Shown in pieces: positions 28,521 through 38,421 of a DNA stretch of 64,000 nt. The position numbers and the translations under genes were made by a program. This DNA is from Candidatus Saccharimonadota bacterium (GTDB lineage: Bacteria; Patescibacteriota; Saccharimonadia; CAILAD01; BJGX01): positions 384,967 to 448,966 of the forward strand of contig JAXLZU010000001.1 of NCBI GenBank assembly GCA_046350735.1, read 5' to 3'. The notes under the pieces are model-generated. The model ran no database searches and was not told the origin of the DNA. It saw nothing but the letters and a program-made list of their open reading frames with translations. Numbering within the stretch: the first letter of the stretch is position 1; each line of letters begins with the position of its first letter.

Positions 28521-28937
28521 ATGGCTACCAAAGGCTCGGTATACGTTGCCGGCAAAGTTGGTGCTGGTACAGATAGTGTAAAGCATCTCCTTACTCAATT
28601 AGAAGACATGGGTTATGAGGTAGCATATGACTGGACAGAAGCTACAGGTGTTAAGAAGCCGTATCTAGAGAATGCCTTACGTAATCGGCCATTTGCCGAG
28701 AAAATGCTTCAAGGAGCAGGTAGCTCTAATATTATTATTCTACTTGTACAAGATAATATTCTTGGTGCATTAATTGAATTTGGTATAGCACTTGGCAATA
28801 GCCTGATGGAAGCCAACTTTCGTGCCTTTGTGGTGACAGAAGGCGTAGAGACACTGAGAGAGTCAATCTTCTACTGCCTAGAAGAAGTTACTATTGTAGG
28901 TACTCTCGACGAATTACTTACTTTGCTCAAAGACTAG
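28521..28937 (+). CDS. Nucleoside 2-deoxyribosyltransferase-like protein
   Basis: VYVAG, G.EV.YDW and GALIEFGIA motifs. Confidence 0.7.
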   Translation: MATKGSVYVAGKVGAGTDSVKHLLTQLEDMGYEVAYDWTEATGVKKPYLENALRNRPFAEKMLQGAGSSNIIILLVQDNILGALIEFGIALGNSLMEANFRAFVVTEGVETLRESIFYCLEEVTIVGTLDELLTLLKD

Positions 28938-28999
28938 TCTTTGAGCTTTTTCTTTATTTCGTTATAGAACAGAATAGGAACTTCTTATCTGTAACTGGG

Positions 29000-29028
29000 T
29001 TGACTAAAATGCTGATATTTGCTATTAT
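29000..29028 (+). promoter_or_regulatory. Promoter of rplJ-rplL
   Basis: TTGACT, 17 nt spacer, TATTAT. Confidence 0.65.
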
Positions 29029-29040
29029 TACTACTGATTA

Positions 29041-29146
29041 CCAAAGACTGTGGCTGTGTAATACACTTAATTTGCTACAAGAGGTTACGATCGATACAGA
29101 TTGTTTACAAACCAGAAGTCTTTGGCGTTTGCTCAAAGGCTTTTTG
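29041..29146 (+). promoter_or_regulatory. L10 leader (ribosomal protein autoregulatory RNA)
   Basis: CCAAAGACTGTGG...TTAA...CTAC..GAGG pattern; CCAAAGACT can pair with AGTCTTTGG, competing with a terminator-like AAGTCTTTG/CAAAGGCTT-TTT hairpin. Confidence 0.75.
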
Positions 29147-29189
29147 TTTGGTAGTCGCAAGCACATTAACTAAAGAAGGTGTTAAACAT

Positions 29190-29726
29190 ATGGCAAAAAC
29201 ACGAGAGCAGAAAGAACAAGCTGTTAGCGCGCTAACAGAAGCTTTTTCTGCAAGTAAACTTGCTGTGTTAACAGATTACCGTGGCTTGAATGTCCCAGAA
29301 ATTTCTGCTTTGCGTGCCAATTTGCGCGAGGCTGGCATTCCATTTACGGTAGCCAAGAACACACTCGTAAAGATAGCGCTTGTCAACGCCGATAAGAAGG
29401 TAGAAGATACTTCAGCCCTGACGGGTCCAGTAGCAATTGCTTTTGGACCTGACGAAGTCGAAGCTGCCAGAATTGTCTTTGAATATGCCAAGACTAACCC
29501 GGCATTAGAGATTCTCGGAGCAATTGACGAAAACGGCAAAGTGTTGAGTACCGATGACGTTGTTGCTTTAGCCAAACTACCAAGCCGCGAGCAATTGTTG
29601 GCACAAGTAGTTGGTACCGTAGCTGCTCCACTCAGTGGATTTGTACGGGTACTTAACGGTAATGTTTCGGGCTTAGTGTATGCATTACAGGCCGTGGCAG
29701 ACAAAAAAGCGCAAGAAACTAGTTAG
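29190..29726 (+). CDS. rplJ: 50S ribosomal protein L10
   Basis: MAKTREQK, DYRGL, VAKNTL, LAKLPSREQLLA. Confidence 0.97.
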   Translation: MAKTREQKEQAVSALTEAFSASKLAVLTDYRGLNVPEISALRANLREAGIPFTVAKNTLVKIALVNADKKVEDTSALTGPVAIAFGPDEVEAARIVFEYAKTNPALEILGAIDENGKVLSTDDVVALAKLPSREQLLAQVVGTVAAPLSGFVRVLNGNVSGLVYALQAVADKKAQETS

Positions 29727-29758
29727 ATTAATTAAATACTCTTTATAAGGAGATAATA

Positions 29759-30232
29759 ATGGCAGAAGAAACTGCAAAACCAGAAGTAAAAGAAGAAGCT
29801 CCAGCTACAGAAGCTGCTGCAGAAGTAACCGAAGACAAAAAAGAAGTACCTGCTAAGTTTAAAAGCTTGGTAGACGAAATTGACAAACTAAGTGTGCTCG
29901 ACCTTTCAGAATTTGTAAGCGTTCTAGAAGATCACTATGGCGTAAGCGCTGCTGCTCCAGTAGCTGTAGCTGCTGCTGGTGGCGCTGCTGCTGGTGGCGA
30001 AGAAGCCGCCGAAGAAGGCAAGAGTAGCTACAACATTATGCTTACCGCTGCCGGCGATAAGAAAATTGATGTAATTAAGGCTGTTCGTGAAATCTCAGGT
30101 CTTGGTTTGGCCGAAAGTAAAGAAGTAGTAGATAGTGCTCCTAAGATGGTAAAAGAAGATGTTCCTGCCGAAGAAGCAGAAGCAGCTAAGAAAACTCTCG
30201 AAGAAGCTGGTGCTACTGTAGAACTTCAATAA
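29759..30232 (+). CDS. rplL: 50S ribosomal protein L7/L12 with acidic N-terminal extension
   Basis: [14 protein letters not shown] hinge, [31 protein letters not shown]. Confidence 0.98.
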   Translation: MAEETAKPEVKEEAPATEAAAEVTEDKKEVPAKFKSLVDEIDKLSVLDLSEFVSVLEDHYGVSAAAPVAVAAAGGAAAGGEEAAEEGKSSYNIMLTAAGDKKIDVIKAVREISGLGLAESKEVVDSAPKMVKEDVPAEEAEAAKKTLEEAGATVELQ

Positions 30233-30249
30233 TCCTAATCAGTGAATTG

Positions 30250-30277
30250 CAAAAGAGACCCAAATGGGTCTTTTTTG
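30250..30277 (+). terminator. Intrinsic terminator after rplL
   Basis: AGAGACCC-AAAT-GGGTCTTT followed by a T run. Confidence 0.8.
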
Positions 30278-30360
30278 TTTGGCTTTTGTTTTATACTTTG
30301 TTACAATAAAAGCAAGTAATTTTGAGTAATTTTAGTAAAAATACAAAAAGGGGCTATAAA

Positions 30361-30930
30361 ATGAACAAAAAAGACGACGAAAAATTGCAGGCACTTTCAG
30401 ACCAGATGCATGCTGCACAAGAGAGCTTGCAGCAAGTAACAGAAATGTTAAAACAAATGGGTCTAAATGCCAAAGACCTTCCAGAGCCACGTGATGATGC
30501 AACACCTTCTGTTGGTGTTAGTGTACCCCGAGCTGCTGATACTGCCGATACTGTGGCAGGTAAGGTAATAGAAGGGCACTTTGATGGTCAGAATATGATT
30601 GGCCCAGACGGCAAAACGTATCCGGTACCTGCTAATTATGCATCTAAATCAAAACTTGTAGAGGGTGACTTGCTTAAACTAACTATTGCTGCCGATGGTA
30701 GTTTTATTTACAAACAAATTGGCCCAGTAGAACGAAAAAAACTAATTTCTAAGATTGGGTTAGATAATGGTCAGTTTGTAGCGATTGTGGGTGATCATCA
30801 TTATCGTGTATTGTATGCCAGTGTAACGTATTTTAAAGCTCAGGTGGGCGACGAAGTAACTATTGTAGTTCCAGCCACCGGTGGCGATGAGGCTAACTGG
30901 GCGGCTATAGAAGCTGTTATCGGCTCATAG
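30361..30930 (+). CDS. Conserved hypothetical protein
   Basis: VIEGHFDGQNMIGPDGKTYPVPANYASKSKLVEGD motif, recalled from CPR genomes; function unknown. Confidence 0.8.
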   Translation: MNKKDDEKLQALSDQMHAAQESLQQVTEMLKQMGLNAKDLPEPRDDATPSVGVSVPRAADTADTVAGKVIEGHFDGQNMIGPDGKTYPVPANYASKSKLVEGDLLKLTIAADGSFIYKQIGPVERKKLISKIGLDNGQFVAIVGDHHYRVLYASVTYFKAQVGDEVTIVVPATGGDEANWAAIEAVIGS

Positions 30931-30940
30931 CGGGATAAAC

Positions 30941-31058
30941 GACAGAACTATTTGACGATCTTCGTTGTTAGAATTTCCAGTACTCATTCATCATAGGCTC
31001 TACTACGGTTCATTTCGTTCTTCAATTCTTCCTAGAATATCATTCAAATATCTCTGTC
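30941..31058. repeat. 118-bp imperfect palindromic element (REP/RPE/MITE-like)
   Basis: GACAGA-AC-TATTTGA...AGAATT pairs with AATTCT...TCAAATA-TC-TCTGTC. Confidence 0.6.
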
Positions 31059-31151
31059 TAGTATACGGTAAGTTTTGTTACACAATTCATCCAATTCCGT
31101 ATAGGCTTCGTAGTATAATGATTATATAGATAAAAAGAGGGGATAGTTTTT

Positions 31152-32594
31152 GTGTCGCAATTAGCTTTGTATCGAAAATATCGTTCTGCCGATCTTAATG
31201 ACGTGGTGGGCCAGAAACATATTACGCAAACTCTAGATGCTGCGCTAAAGCAAGGTAAGCTTTCGCATGCCTATCTCTTTACTGGCCCCAGGGGTGTGGG
31301 TAAAACATCGGTGGCACGCATTTTAGCTCGCGCAATAAATGGCCTTGATAAATTAGATGATAGTTCTAATTATTTAGATATTATCGAGATAGATGCCGCC
31401 AGTAACAGGGGCATAGATGAGATTCGGGCCTTGCGCGATAAAGTAGCGGTGGCACCGGCTAAATTGCAGTATAAAGTCTATATTATCGATGAAGCCCATA
31501 TGCTTACCCGCGAAGCATTTAATGCGCTACTAAAGACGCTCGAAGAGCCACCTGCCCATGTGGTGTTTATTTTGGCGACCACCGAGGCACATAAGTTGCC
31601 CGAAACCATCATCTCGCGCACACAGCGCTACGACTTTCATGCACTAAGTGAAGATGAGATAGTAGAGCGTCTACAGCATATCGCCAAACAAGAAAAAATT
31701 ACCATTACCGAGCCAGCACTTAGGTTGGTGGCTCAGATGGCTAATGGTGGTATGCGTGACGCAGTTAGCTTACTCGACCAACTTTCTGTATTAACAGAAA
31801 AGATAGATGAAAAACTTACTAGTCAGTTTTTGGGCTTAGCCCTTAATTCAGAGCTAGACGAAATACTAGATTTATCACAACAGAAAAACACCGAGCAGGC
31901 ACTTCAGAAAATAGCTACAATAAGTGCTAACGGTGTGGCACCCGGAGAGCTAATTTTGCAATTACAGCGTATAGCGCGAGAACGGCTGGTAACTGAGATA
32001 CAAAAATCTGCCAATCTTCAGACAATACAGTTTTATACCGATGCACTCGAGATACTCCATGCTGCAATGACCCAGCTTACATATACGGCTAATAGTTATA
32101 TACCACTCGAGCTCGCAATTGTAAAAATGAGCTATGGCTTTGCATCAAGCAAAACTAAGCCAGTAGAAGTGGTAGCGAGCTCGAGTGCACCACTACCTAC
32201 AAACACTCCAACACCAACTGCATCCAAGACTCCAGCAAAAGAAGTAACTGCACCAGTAGGGCAAAATACAGATTCTGTTGCACTGTGCGATAAAGCACTC
32301 AGTGCAATAAAAGAGCATAATAATTCTCTCTACGCCTTACTACGTTCTGGTGGTGCACATGTCGAGGGCGATAAGTTATTGGTGAATTGTCGATTTGCGT
32401 TTCATCAAAATAGAATAGAAGAACATCATAACAGGGCTTTGATAGAAAAAGTTATGAGCAAAACATTTAATAAGGCTATTCAATTAAGCTGTACTCTCGA
32501 AAATACTCCAGAGCCAGCACCTAAAGCCGATACAAGTAGTGAGCTAGTAAATTCGGCGATGGCCATATTGGGTGGGGAGTTGGTCGATGGCTAA
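31152..32594 (+). CDS. dnaX: DNA polymerase III gamma/tau
   Basis: LYRKYR, GPRGVGKTS, EIDAAS, IDEAHML, SRTQR; zinc-binding Cys cluster absent. Confidence 0.96.
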   Translation: MSQLALYRKYRSADLNDVVGQKHITQTLDAALKQGKLSHAYLFTGPRGVGKTSVARILARAINGLDKLDDSSNYLDIIEIDAASNRGIDEIRALRDKVAVAPAKLQYKVYIIDEAHMLTREAFNALLKTLEEPPAHVVFILATTEAHKLPETIISRTQRYDFHALSEDEIVERLQHIAKQEKITITEPALRLVAQMANGGMRDAVSLLDQLSVLTEKIDEKLTSQFLGLALNSELDEILDLSQQKNTEQALQKIATISANGVAPGELILQLQRIARERLVTEIQKSANLQTIQFYTDALEILHAAMTQLTYTANSYIPLELAIVKMSYGFASSKTKPVEVVASSSAPLPTNTPTPTASKTPAKEVTAPVGQNTDSVALCDKALSAIKEHNNSLYALLRSGGAHVEGDKLLVNCRFAFHQNRIEEHHNRALIEKVMSKTFNKAIQLSCTLENTPEPAPKADTSSELVNSAMAILGGELVDG

Positions 32595-33936
32595 TACTTC
32601 ATCTACCAATCGAGCAGACAAATTGCCACCACAAAACGTAGAAGCCGAACAAAGTGTGTTGGGGTCGCTATTAATCGATAGAGATGCCATTATTAAGGTT
32701 GCAGATGTTGTATCGAGCGAAGACTTTTATATTACCAAGAATGGTCAGATATTTGAGACTGTTTTGGGGTTATACGAACGACGAGAACCAATTGATGTAG
32801 TAACTCTCTCTGATGCTTTGGCTAAGAAAAAAATACTTAAGCAAATAGGTGGGAGTAGTTATCTGACCGATTTGGCCAATGGTGTACCGAGTAGCGCACA
32901 CGCGGCACAATATGCCAAAATTGTTGCCGACAAAGCTACTTTGCGACGGTTAATAGAGGCGGCGAATTCTATTAACAATCTTGCCTACGAAGAAACCGCT
33001 GCACTCGACTCGGTACTTGATGAGGCAGAACAAAACCTGTTTGGGGTAAGTCAAAAACATCTTAAACAAAACTTTACGCCAATTTCTGACGTCTTAACCG
33101 AAAGTTTTGAGCGTCTCGATGGTCTACATAAGGACAAACAGACTCTACGTGGTGTCCCCACAGGTTACAAAAGTTTAGATAATCTCTTGGCCGGATTGCA
33201 GAAATCAGACTTAATTATTCTAGCTGCGCGACCAAGTATGGGTAAGACCAGCTTTGCACTTAATATTGCACAGCACGTTGCCACTAAGGAGGGAATACCG
33301 GTGGGCATTTTTAGTTTAGAAATGAGCAAAGAGCAGCTTATAGATCGATTATTATCATCAGAAGCAGGTATTGATAGCTGGAAGCTGCGTACGGGCAATT
33401 TAGAAGATAGAGATTTCGAAAAAATTAACAAGGCAATGGGGGTATTGGCAGATGCTCCAATCTTCATTGATGATTCGCCTATGGCCAATGTTATGGAAAT
33501 GCGCACCAAAGCACGTCGTCTGCAGTCAGAAAACGATCTTGGTTTGATTGTTATTGACTACTTGCAGCTTATGAGTGGTAGAAATAGTGGAGGAGACAAC
33601 AGAGTACAAGAAATCTCAGAAATATCACGCGGGCTAAAGGGTTTGGCGCGCGAAATTAATGTACCCGTTATTGCGCTCTCACAGCTTAGCCGCTCGGTAG
33701 AAATGCGATCACCAAAAATTCCACAATTGTCTGATTTGCGTGAGTCGGGTAGTATCGAGCAAGATGCCGATGTAGTAATGTTTATTTACCGCGAAGACTA
33801 TTACGAGAAAGACTCAGAGCGTAAAAGTATAGCCGATATTTTGGTCAGAAAACACCGTAATGGCCCAACGGGAGAGGTAGAACTATTCTTTGTTCCTGAG
33901 CAAATGTTATTTAAAAATCTCGATAAAACACATTAA
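32587..33936 (+). CDS. dnaB: Replicative DNA helicase
   Basis: PPQNVEAEQSVLG, AARPSMGKT, DYLQL, SQLSR, LRESGSIEQDAD; no intein. Confidence 0.98.
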   Translation: MANTSSTNRADKLPPQNVEAEQSVLGSLLIDRDAIIKVADVVSSEDFYITKNGQIFETVLGLYERREPIDVVTLSDALAKKKILKQIGGSSYLTDLANGVPSSAHAAQYAKIVADKATLRRLIEAANSINNLAYEETAALDSVLDEAEQNLFGVSQKHLKQNFTPISDVLTESFERLDGLHKDKQTLRGVPTGYKSLDNLLAGLQKSDLIILAARPSMGKTSFALNIAQHVATKEGIPVGIFSLEMSKEQLIDRLLSSEAGIDSWKLRTGNLEDRDFEKINKAMGVLADAPIFIDDSPMANVMEMRTKARRLQSENDLGLIVIDYLQLMSGRNSGGDNRVQEISEISRGLKGLAREINVPVIALSQLSRSVEMRSPKIPQLSDLRESGSIEQDADVVMFIYREDYYEKDSERKSIADILVRKHRNGPTGEVELFFVPEQMLFKNLDKTH

Positions 33937-33990
33937 CTTGTATACAGCTAGACGTGGGCAACTATTTTTCGGTATACTAGCATAAACGCT

Positions 33991-34527
33991 ATGAATAACA
34001 AAGCACCAAAAAAACCTGAGCATAATGAAGCGCTGCAAGTTGGTCGGTTTGGACTAGTTGGTATTCTAAATACCGTAGTCGATTTTGTTGTACTAAATAT
34101 TTTGGCTGCTACGATATTGCCTAAGAGCTTGGTATTGGGATCGGTAACGATATTTGGAACAAACTATACTATTACAGGCCTTATTGTGGCAGGTCTTATT
34201 TCTGGTACTGTTGCGATGATTAATAGTTTTATCTTTAACATGCGTTTTACCTTTAAGGCACGCAACGTTGATGCCTTGCACGCCATATATTTCTTTGTGC
34301 TTACCATGATTGGCGTATATGTCTTTCGACCAATCTTGTTAAAGTTTTTTACCGATGTCTGGACGTGGCCAGTGCTCACTGCCGATCACATATCGTCGTT
34401 TTTACATTTGCCACTTAGTCAGCTTTTTGTAGAACGTAATGTAGCTCTGGCTGTCACTATTCTCCTGGTGTTGGTGTATAATTACCTGGTATACAAATAT
34501 ATTGTCTTTACTAAAGATACTAAATGA
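33991..34527 (+). CDS. GtrA-family flippase-like protein
   Basis: RFGLVGILNTVVDF, NSFIFNMRFTF, YNY...KYIVF. Confidence 0.85.
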   Translation: MNNKAPKKPEHNEALQVGRFGLVGILNTVVDFVVLNILAATILPKSLVLGSVTIFGTNYTITGLIVAGLISGTVAMINSFIFNMRFTFKARNVDALHAIYFFVLTMIGVYVFRPILLKFFTDVWTWPVLTADHISSFLHLPLSQLFVERNVALAVTILLVLVYNYLVYKYIVFTKDTK

Positions 34528-36086
34528 AATCAAAATCTTCACCCATTCTGACATTCTTTCGATCTCACGCAGGTCTTCTGCTACTAATAACAGTACTCAT
34601 TATTGCTACTGTGTTTCGACTGTATCATCTTAATACTCTGCCTCCTGGGCTTCACCCCGATGAAGCCGCCAATGGTCTCGATATTGTGCAGCGTATATTT
34701 CATCACGACTGGAGGGTTATCTATGCTACAAACGGCCCTCGTGAAGCACTGTTTTTCTATATTCAGGCGGTTTTTGTTTGGGCACTTGGTAATACTATCT
34801 TTGCCCTCCGTCTAGCTCCTGCACTATTAAGTATCGCTACAGTTATAATGGTGTATCTCTATACCAAAGACTGGTTTGGGCGTCGTACAGCTTTGCTAGC
34901 AGCATTTTTAATTGCAGTTAACCCCTGGGTAGTAACTATTGGCCGTGATGGCTTTAGAGCTGGTATGACCCCGCTTATTATTGCTGCAGTTGCTTTTCTG
35001 GGTGGACGAGCCTACACTCGACAAAAAATCGGTTATTTTATTGCTGCCGGTGCGGTATTTGGGTTAGGGTTTTATACCTACACTGCATTCTTCATGTTTA
35101 GTTTGGTTCCAATTGGTGGCTTGGGCTATTTAGTACTAAGAAATCGTTCTTGGCTAAAAACCAACTGGAAAAACTTACTTATATCAGTAGCCGTCACAGC
35201 GGCCGTATTGCTTCCATTAGGTATTACAATTGTTCGGAATCCGGGTGCTTCAACTGCTCGTGCAGGCGGTACAAGCTTCCTAAACAAAGACCTTAATGGC
35301 GGTAAACCAATACAGACACTCTTTGTTGGTGCTGGTAAAACTCTTTTGCAATATAACTTTGTTGGTGACCAGAATAGTCGACACAATCTTCCTGGTGAGC
35401 CCCTTGTAAATACGTTTGTAGGAATAATGCTAATACTAGGCTTACTAGTAGCATTTAGTAGGTTTGGTCGAGCCAAGTATGCAGCGGTACTTGCGATGTT
35501 CTTTGTAATGATGTTACCAGCCATTCTCACTGCAGAAGGGTTGCCGCACGCACTGCGTAGTATTGGTACAGCAGCTAGTGTATTTACCATAGCTGCCATT
35601 GGTATAGATTATTTATTAACACGATGGTACAAGACATTTCCTATTAATGCACCGGCCCGCACCGCAGGTGCAGTTATGATAGGTCTACTGTTGTTCTTAA
35701 CTCTGGTACAGGGGTGGCGGCAGTATTTTGTTGCTTGGGCTCAAGACCCTTCAACGTATCAAGCATACAGCGAAAATATGGTGCAGATTGGCAAATATTT
35801 GTTAGTGAGTGGTAATGGCAGAACTAACTATATTATCGCTGGTGGATACGAAACAATGCCCGCAGAATACTTACTTGCCAATAAGCAGACATATATATTG
35901 CTCGATAAAGATTCTTTACAAAACCTGCCACTGCAAACTTCACCGCAGTTGTTTGTGTTTCCGGCCGGCGATAATAGTAATGCTATAACCGAGGTGTTAA
36001 AAGCAAAATATCCCAATGGTACGCTTACACCTCATTACTCTAGCTTCGATAATACCTTACTATTTTATAGCTTTGAGGTTCGGTAA
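34524..36086 (+). CDS. GT-C glycosyltransferase (PMT/ArnT-like)
   Basis: FRLYHL...PPGLHPDEA motif and many TMs. Confidence 0.85.
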   Translation: MKSKSSPILTFFRSHAGLLLLITVLIIATVFRLYHLNTLPPGLHPDEAANGLDIVQRIFHHDWRVIYATNGPREALFFYIQAVFVWALGNTIFALRLAPALLSIATVIMVYLYTKDWFGRRTALLAAFLIAVNPWVVTIGRDGFRAGMTPLIIAAVAFLGGRAYTRQKIGYFIAAGAVFGLGFYTYTAFFMFSLVPIGGLGYLVLRNRSWLKTNWKNLLISVAVTAAVLLPLGITIVRNPGASTARAGGTSFLNKDLNGGKPIQTLFVGAGKTLLQYNFVGDQNSRHNLPGEPLVNTFVGIMLILGLLVAFSRFGRAKYAAVLAMFFVMMLPAILTAEGLPHALRSIGTAASVFTIAAIGIDYLLTRWYKTFPINAPARTAGAVMIGLLLFLTLVQGWRQYFVAWAQDPSTYQAYSENMVQIGKYLLVSGNGRTNYIIAGGYETMPAEYLLANKQTYILLDKDSLQNLPLQTSPQLFVFPAGDNSNAITEVLKAKYPNGTLTPHYSSFDNTLLFYSFEVR

Positions 36087-36871
36087 TGTCAGACTCAACA
36101 AAAGCACCTATTCAGCCAGATTTAACCATTGTTATTCCTGCATACAAAGAAGCAAAACGGATTGGGCCAACTCTAGAGAAACTGGCCGACTTTTTGCATA
36201 ACTATTCACCCAGTGTCGAAGTGATAGTGGTAGACAGGGGTAGTAGTGATGATACCCAAAAAGTTGCCAAGAGTTATGCAAAAAAGTTTAGATGGTTTTC
36301 TGTATTAGATATTGGATCTCAAACTGGCAAGAAATCATACAAGGGTGAGCAAGTTAAGCAAGGCATGTTAGCCGCACGCGGCGAATACGTAATGTTTATG
36401 GATGCTGATTTGGCAACACCGCTAAAGTATCTTAATACTGTCGAAGGGCTTATGAAGAAAAAACAAGCAGTGGGTATTTGTGTGAGAAATTTGCAAAGCA
36501 GCCATAAAGGCCTACGTAAACTTATTTCATCAAGTGGAAACTTCCTAGTACAACTAATGATACTACCCGGAATAAGCGATACTCAATGTGGATTTAAGGT
36601 ATTTTCGAGCGAAGCTACTAAGAAGATTTTTACTCATCAAACCCTCAAAGGTTGGGGTTTTGATATGGAGATTTTAGCTATTGCCAGACAGCAAGGTTAC
36701 CAGATAGAACAATTTGAAGTACCAGATTGGCAAGATGTAGAGGAGGGCAGTAAGGTCTCTAGTGGAAGTAAGTTCTCGGCTGCCAAAGCGGCTCTTCAGA
36801 CCTTGCCAGATGTTTTCCGTATTAAATGGGGTATAATTCGTGGCCGCTACAAAAAATCTCCCCAAGCTTAA
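36086..36871 (+). CDS. GT2 polyprenol-phosphate glycosyltransferase
   Basis: VIPAYKE, GSSDDT, FMDADLA, DTQCGFK, GWGFDME. Confidence 0.9.
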   Translation: MSDSTKAPIQPDLTIVIPAYKEAKRIGPTLEKLADFLHNYSPSVEVIVVDRGSSDDTQKVAKSYAKKFRWFSVLDIGSQTGKKSYKGEQVKQGMLAARGEYVMFMDADLATPLKYLNTVEGLMKKKQAVGICVRNLQSSHKGLRKLISSSGNFLVQLMILPGISDTQCGFKVFSSEATKKIFTHQTLKGWGFDMEILAIARQQGYQIEQFEVPDWQDVEEGSKVSSGSKFSAAKAALQTLPDVFRIKWGIIRGRYKKSPQA

Positions 36872-38321
36872 TACTTGGGCTTGGTTATGGCCGACACTCG
36901 CTACAGTACTTGCAGCTGTAGTTCGCCTTAGCTTTATTACTAAATCTAGCATCTGGCACGACGAGGGGTTTTCGATAATGCTTGCCAAACGCACTGTGCA
37001 AGAAATTTGGGCCGGCTCTGCTAGAGATGTACACCCACCCCTGTATTATGAGTTGCTGCATTTCTGGATGAGGCTTTTTGGTACGAGCGAGCTTGCTATT
37101 CGCAGTCTTAGTGCATTTGCTGGCGTGCTTATTATTCCTATTGGCTACCTTATAGTCCGAAAAATAGCAGGTCTGCGCGCGGCAATATTAGCAAGTTTTG
37201 TACTAGCTCTTGCACCATTTTTAATTCGTTATAGTCAAGAAGCTCGAATGTACGGGTTACTTGGCCTATTTTTACTACTAGCTCTTTATGCAGTTACAGA
37301 AATTGCCGAGCGACCCAAACGCACGTGGCCGTATGTACTTTATACGTTGTCTATTGCTGCTGGTTTGTATACACATTATTTTACCGTTCTGGCTGTTCTA
37401 GCTTTCTGGCTGTATTTTGTATTACTCGAAAAACCAAGTACCTGGAAGATAGGTGAAAGTATATGGTTATCTCTGCGCTGGTGGGCAGCCAATCTAGCAG
37501 CAGTAGTTTTGTTCTTGCCGTGGGTGCCAAATTTACTTGGCCAATTACGTCGTGGACAAGGTTTAAGTTGGTTGCCCCCAGCCACCTTACGCACTCTGCC
37601 AGATACTATATGGCAATTCTTTAGCTTTACCGATGGCCGTGCCTTATTTGCGTTAATCTATTGGCTTGTACCGGTCTTAGTTATTATGGCGGGTGTTTTT
37701 ATTTGGATGCGCGACAAGGGTAAACAGAAATTTGCCAGACTGTTGGTGTTGTATAGCTTTTTGCCAATCGCTATCGGTCTCATTGTATCGGTCAAAAAAC
37801 CTATTTTTCACGAACGCTATTTTGCCTTTGCTGCCATTGGCATATATCTTATTCTTGTAATTGCGCTAGATTGGTTAGCAGGTAAACGAACTTGGTTATT
37901 TGGTGTACTAGCCTCGATACTATTACTGATAGAGTGTATTGGTATACGTAATGTGTATTATCAGTCAAACCATCAAATGGGCGTTGTTATGCAGTCGCTC
38001 AACCAAGAATATCGTGTTGGTGATGTATTGGTGGCTGGGGAATTGTATGTGTATTTTGATGGCAGTTATTATAATAAGACCGACCAGATTATCAGCTTGT
38101 ATACAGCGGGCATGCCACCTAATGGCTACGGAGAGTCGGGGTTACTGTATAATCAAAATGTCTATCTTAATTCTCTTACTACCATACCCGGTGGGAGTAG
38201 GGTTTGGTTAATTGGTAAAACAGGTCAACACGCCTACTACGATCAAATTCCAGCCAATTGGAAGCTCTTAGAAGAAAAAATAGCCGGGTATAGCGAGCTG
38301 CGACTCTATCAGGTACAATAG
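36840..38321 (+). CDS. GT-C glycosyltransferase (PMT-like)
   Basis: SIWHDE, DVHPPLYY, YSQEARMY, LYTHY; multi-TM. Confidence 0.87.
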   Translation: MAATKNLPKLNTWAWLWPTLATVLAAVVRLSFITKSSIWHDEGFSIMLAKRTVQEIWAGSARDVHPPLYYELLHFWMRLFGTSELAIRSLSAFAGVLIIPIGYLIVRKIAGLRAAILASFVLALAPFLIRYSQEARMYGLLGLFLLLALYAVTEIAERPKRTWPYVLYTLSIAAGLYTHYFTVLAVLAFWLYFVLLEKPSTWKIGESIWLSLRWWAANLAAVVLFLPWVPNLLGQLRRGQGLSWLPPATLRTLPDTIWQFFSFTDGRALFALIYWLVPVLVIMAGVFIWMRDKGKQKFARLLVLYSFLPIAIGLIVSVKKPIFHERYFAFAAIGIYLILVIALDWLAGKRTWLFGVLASILLLIECIGIRNVYYQSNHQMGVVMQSLNQEYRVGDVLVAGELYVYFDGSYYNKTDQIISLYTAGMPPNGYGESGLLYNQNVYLNSLTTIPGGSRVWLIGKTGQHAYYDQIPANWKLLEEKIAGYSELRLYQVQ

Positions 38322-38421
38322 TGGTATCGAATATTATTTGTTGTTTTACGGTATTGCCGAACAATAGCAACATATAGTGTTCTCTATATAACTTGTTTAG
38401 ATAACGAAGGAGATAAGTACT

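Noticed and set aside
29019-29189. Extended N-terminus of rplJ in the ORF track
   Set aside because: The region is the promoter and L10 leader; the SD and MAKT start are at 29190
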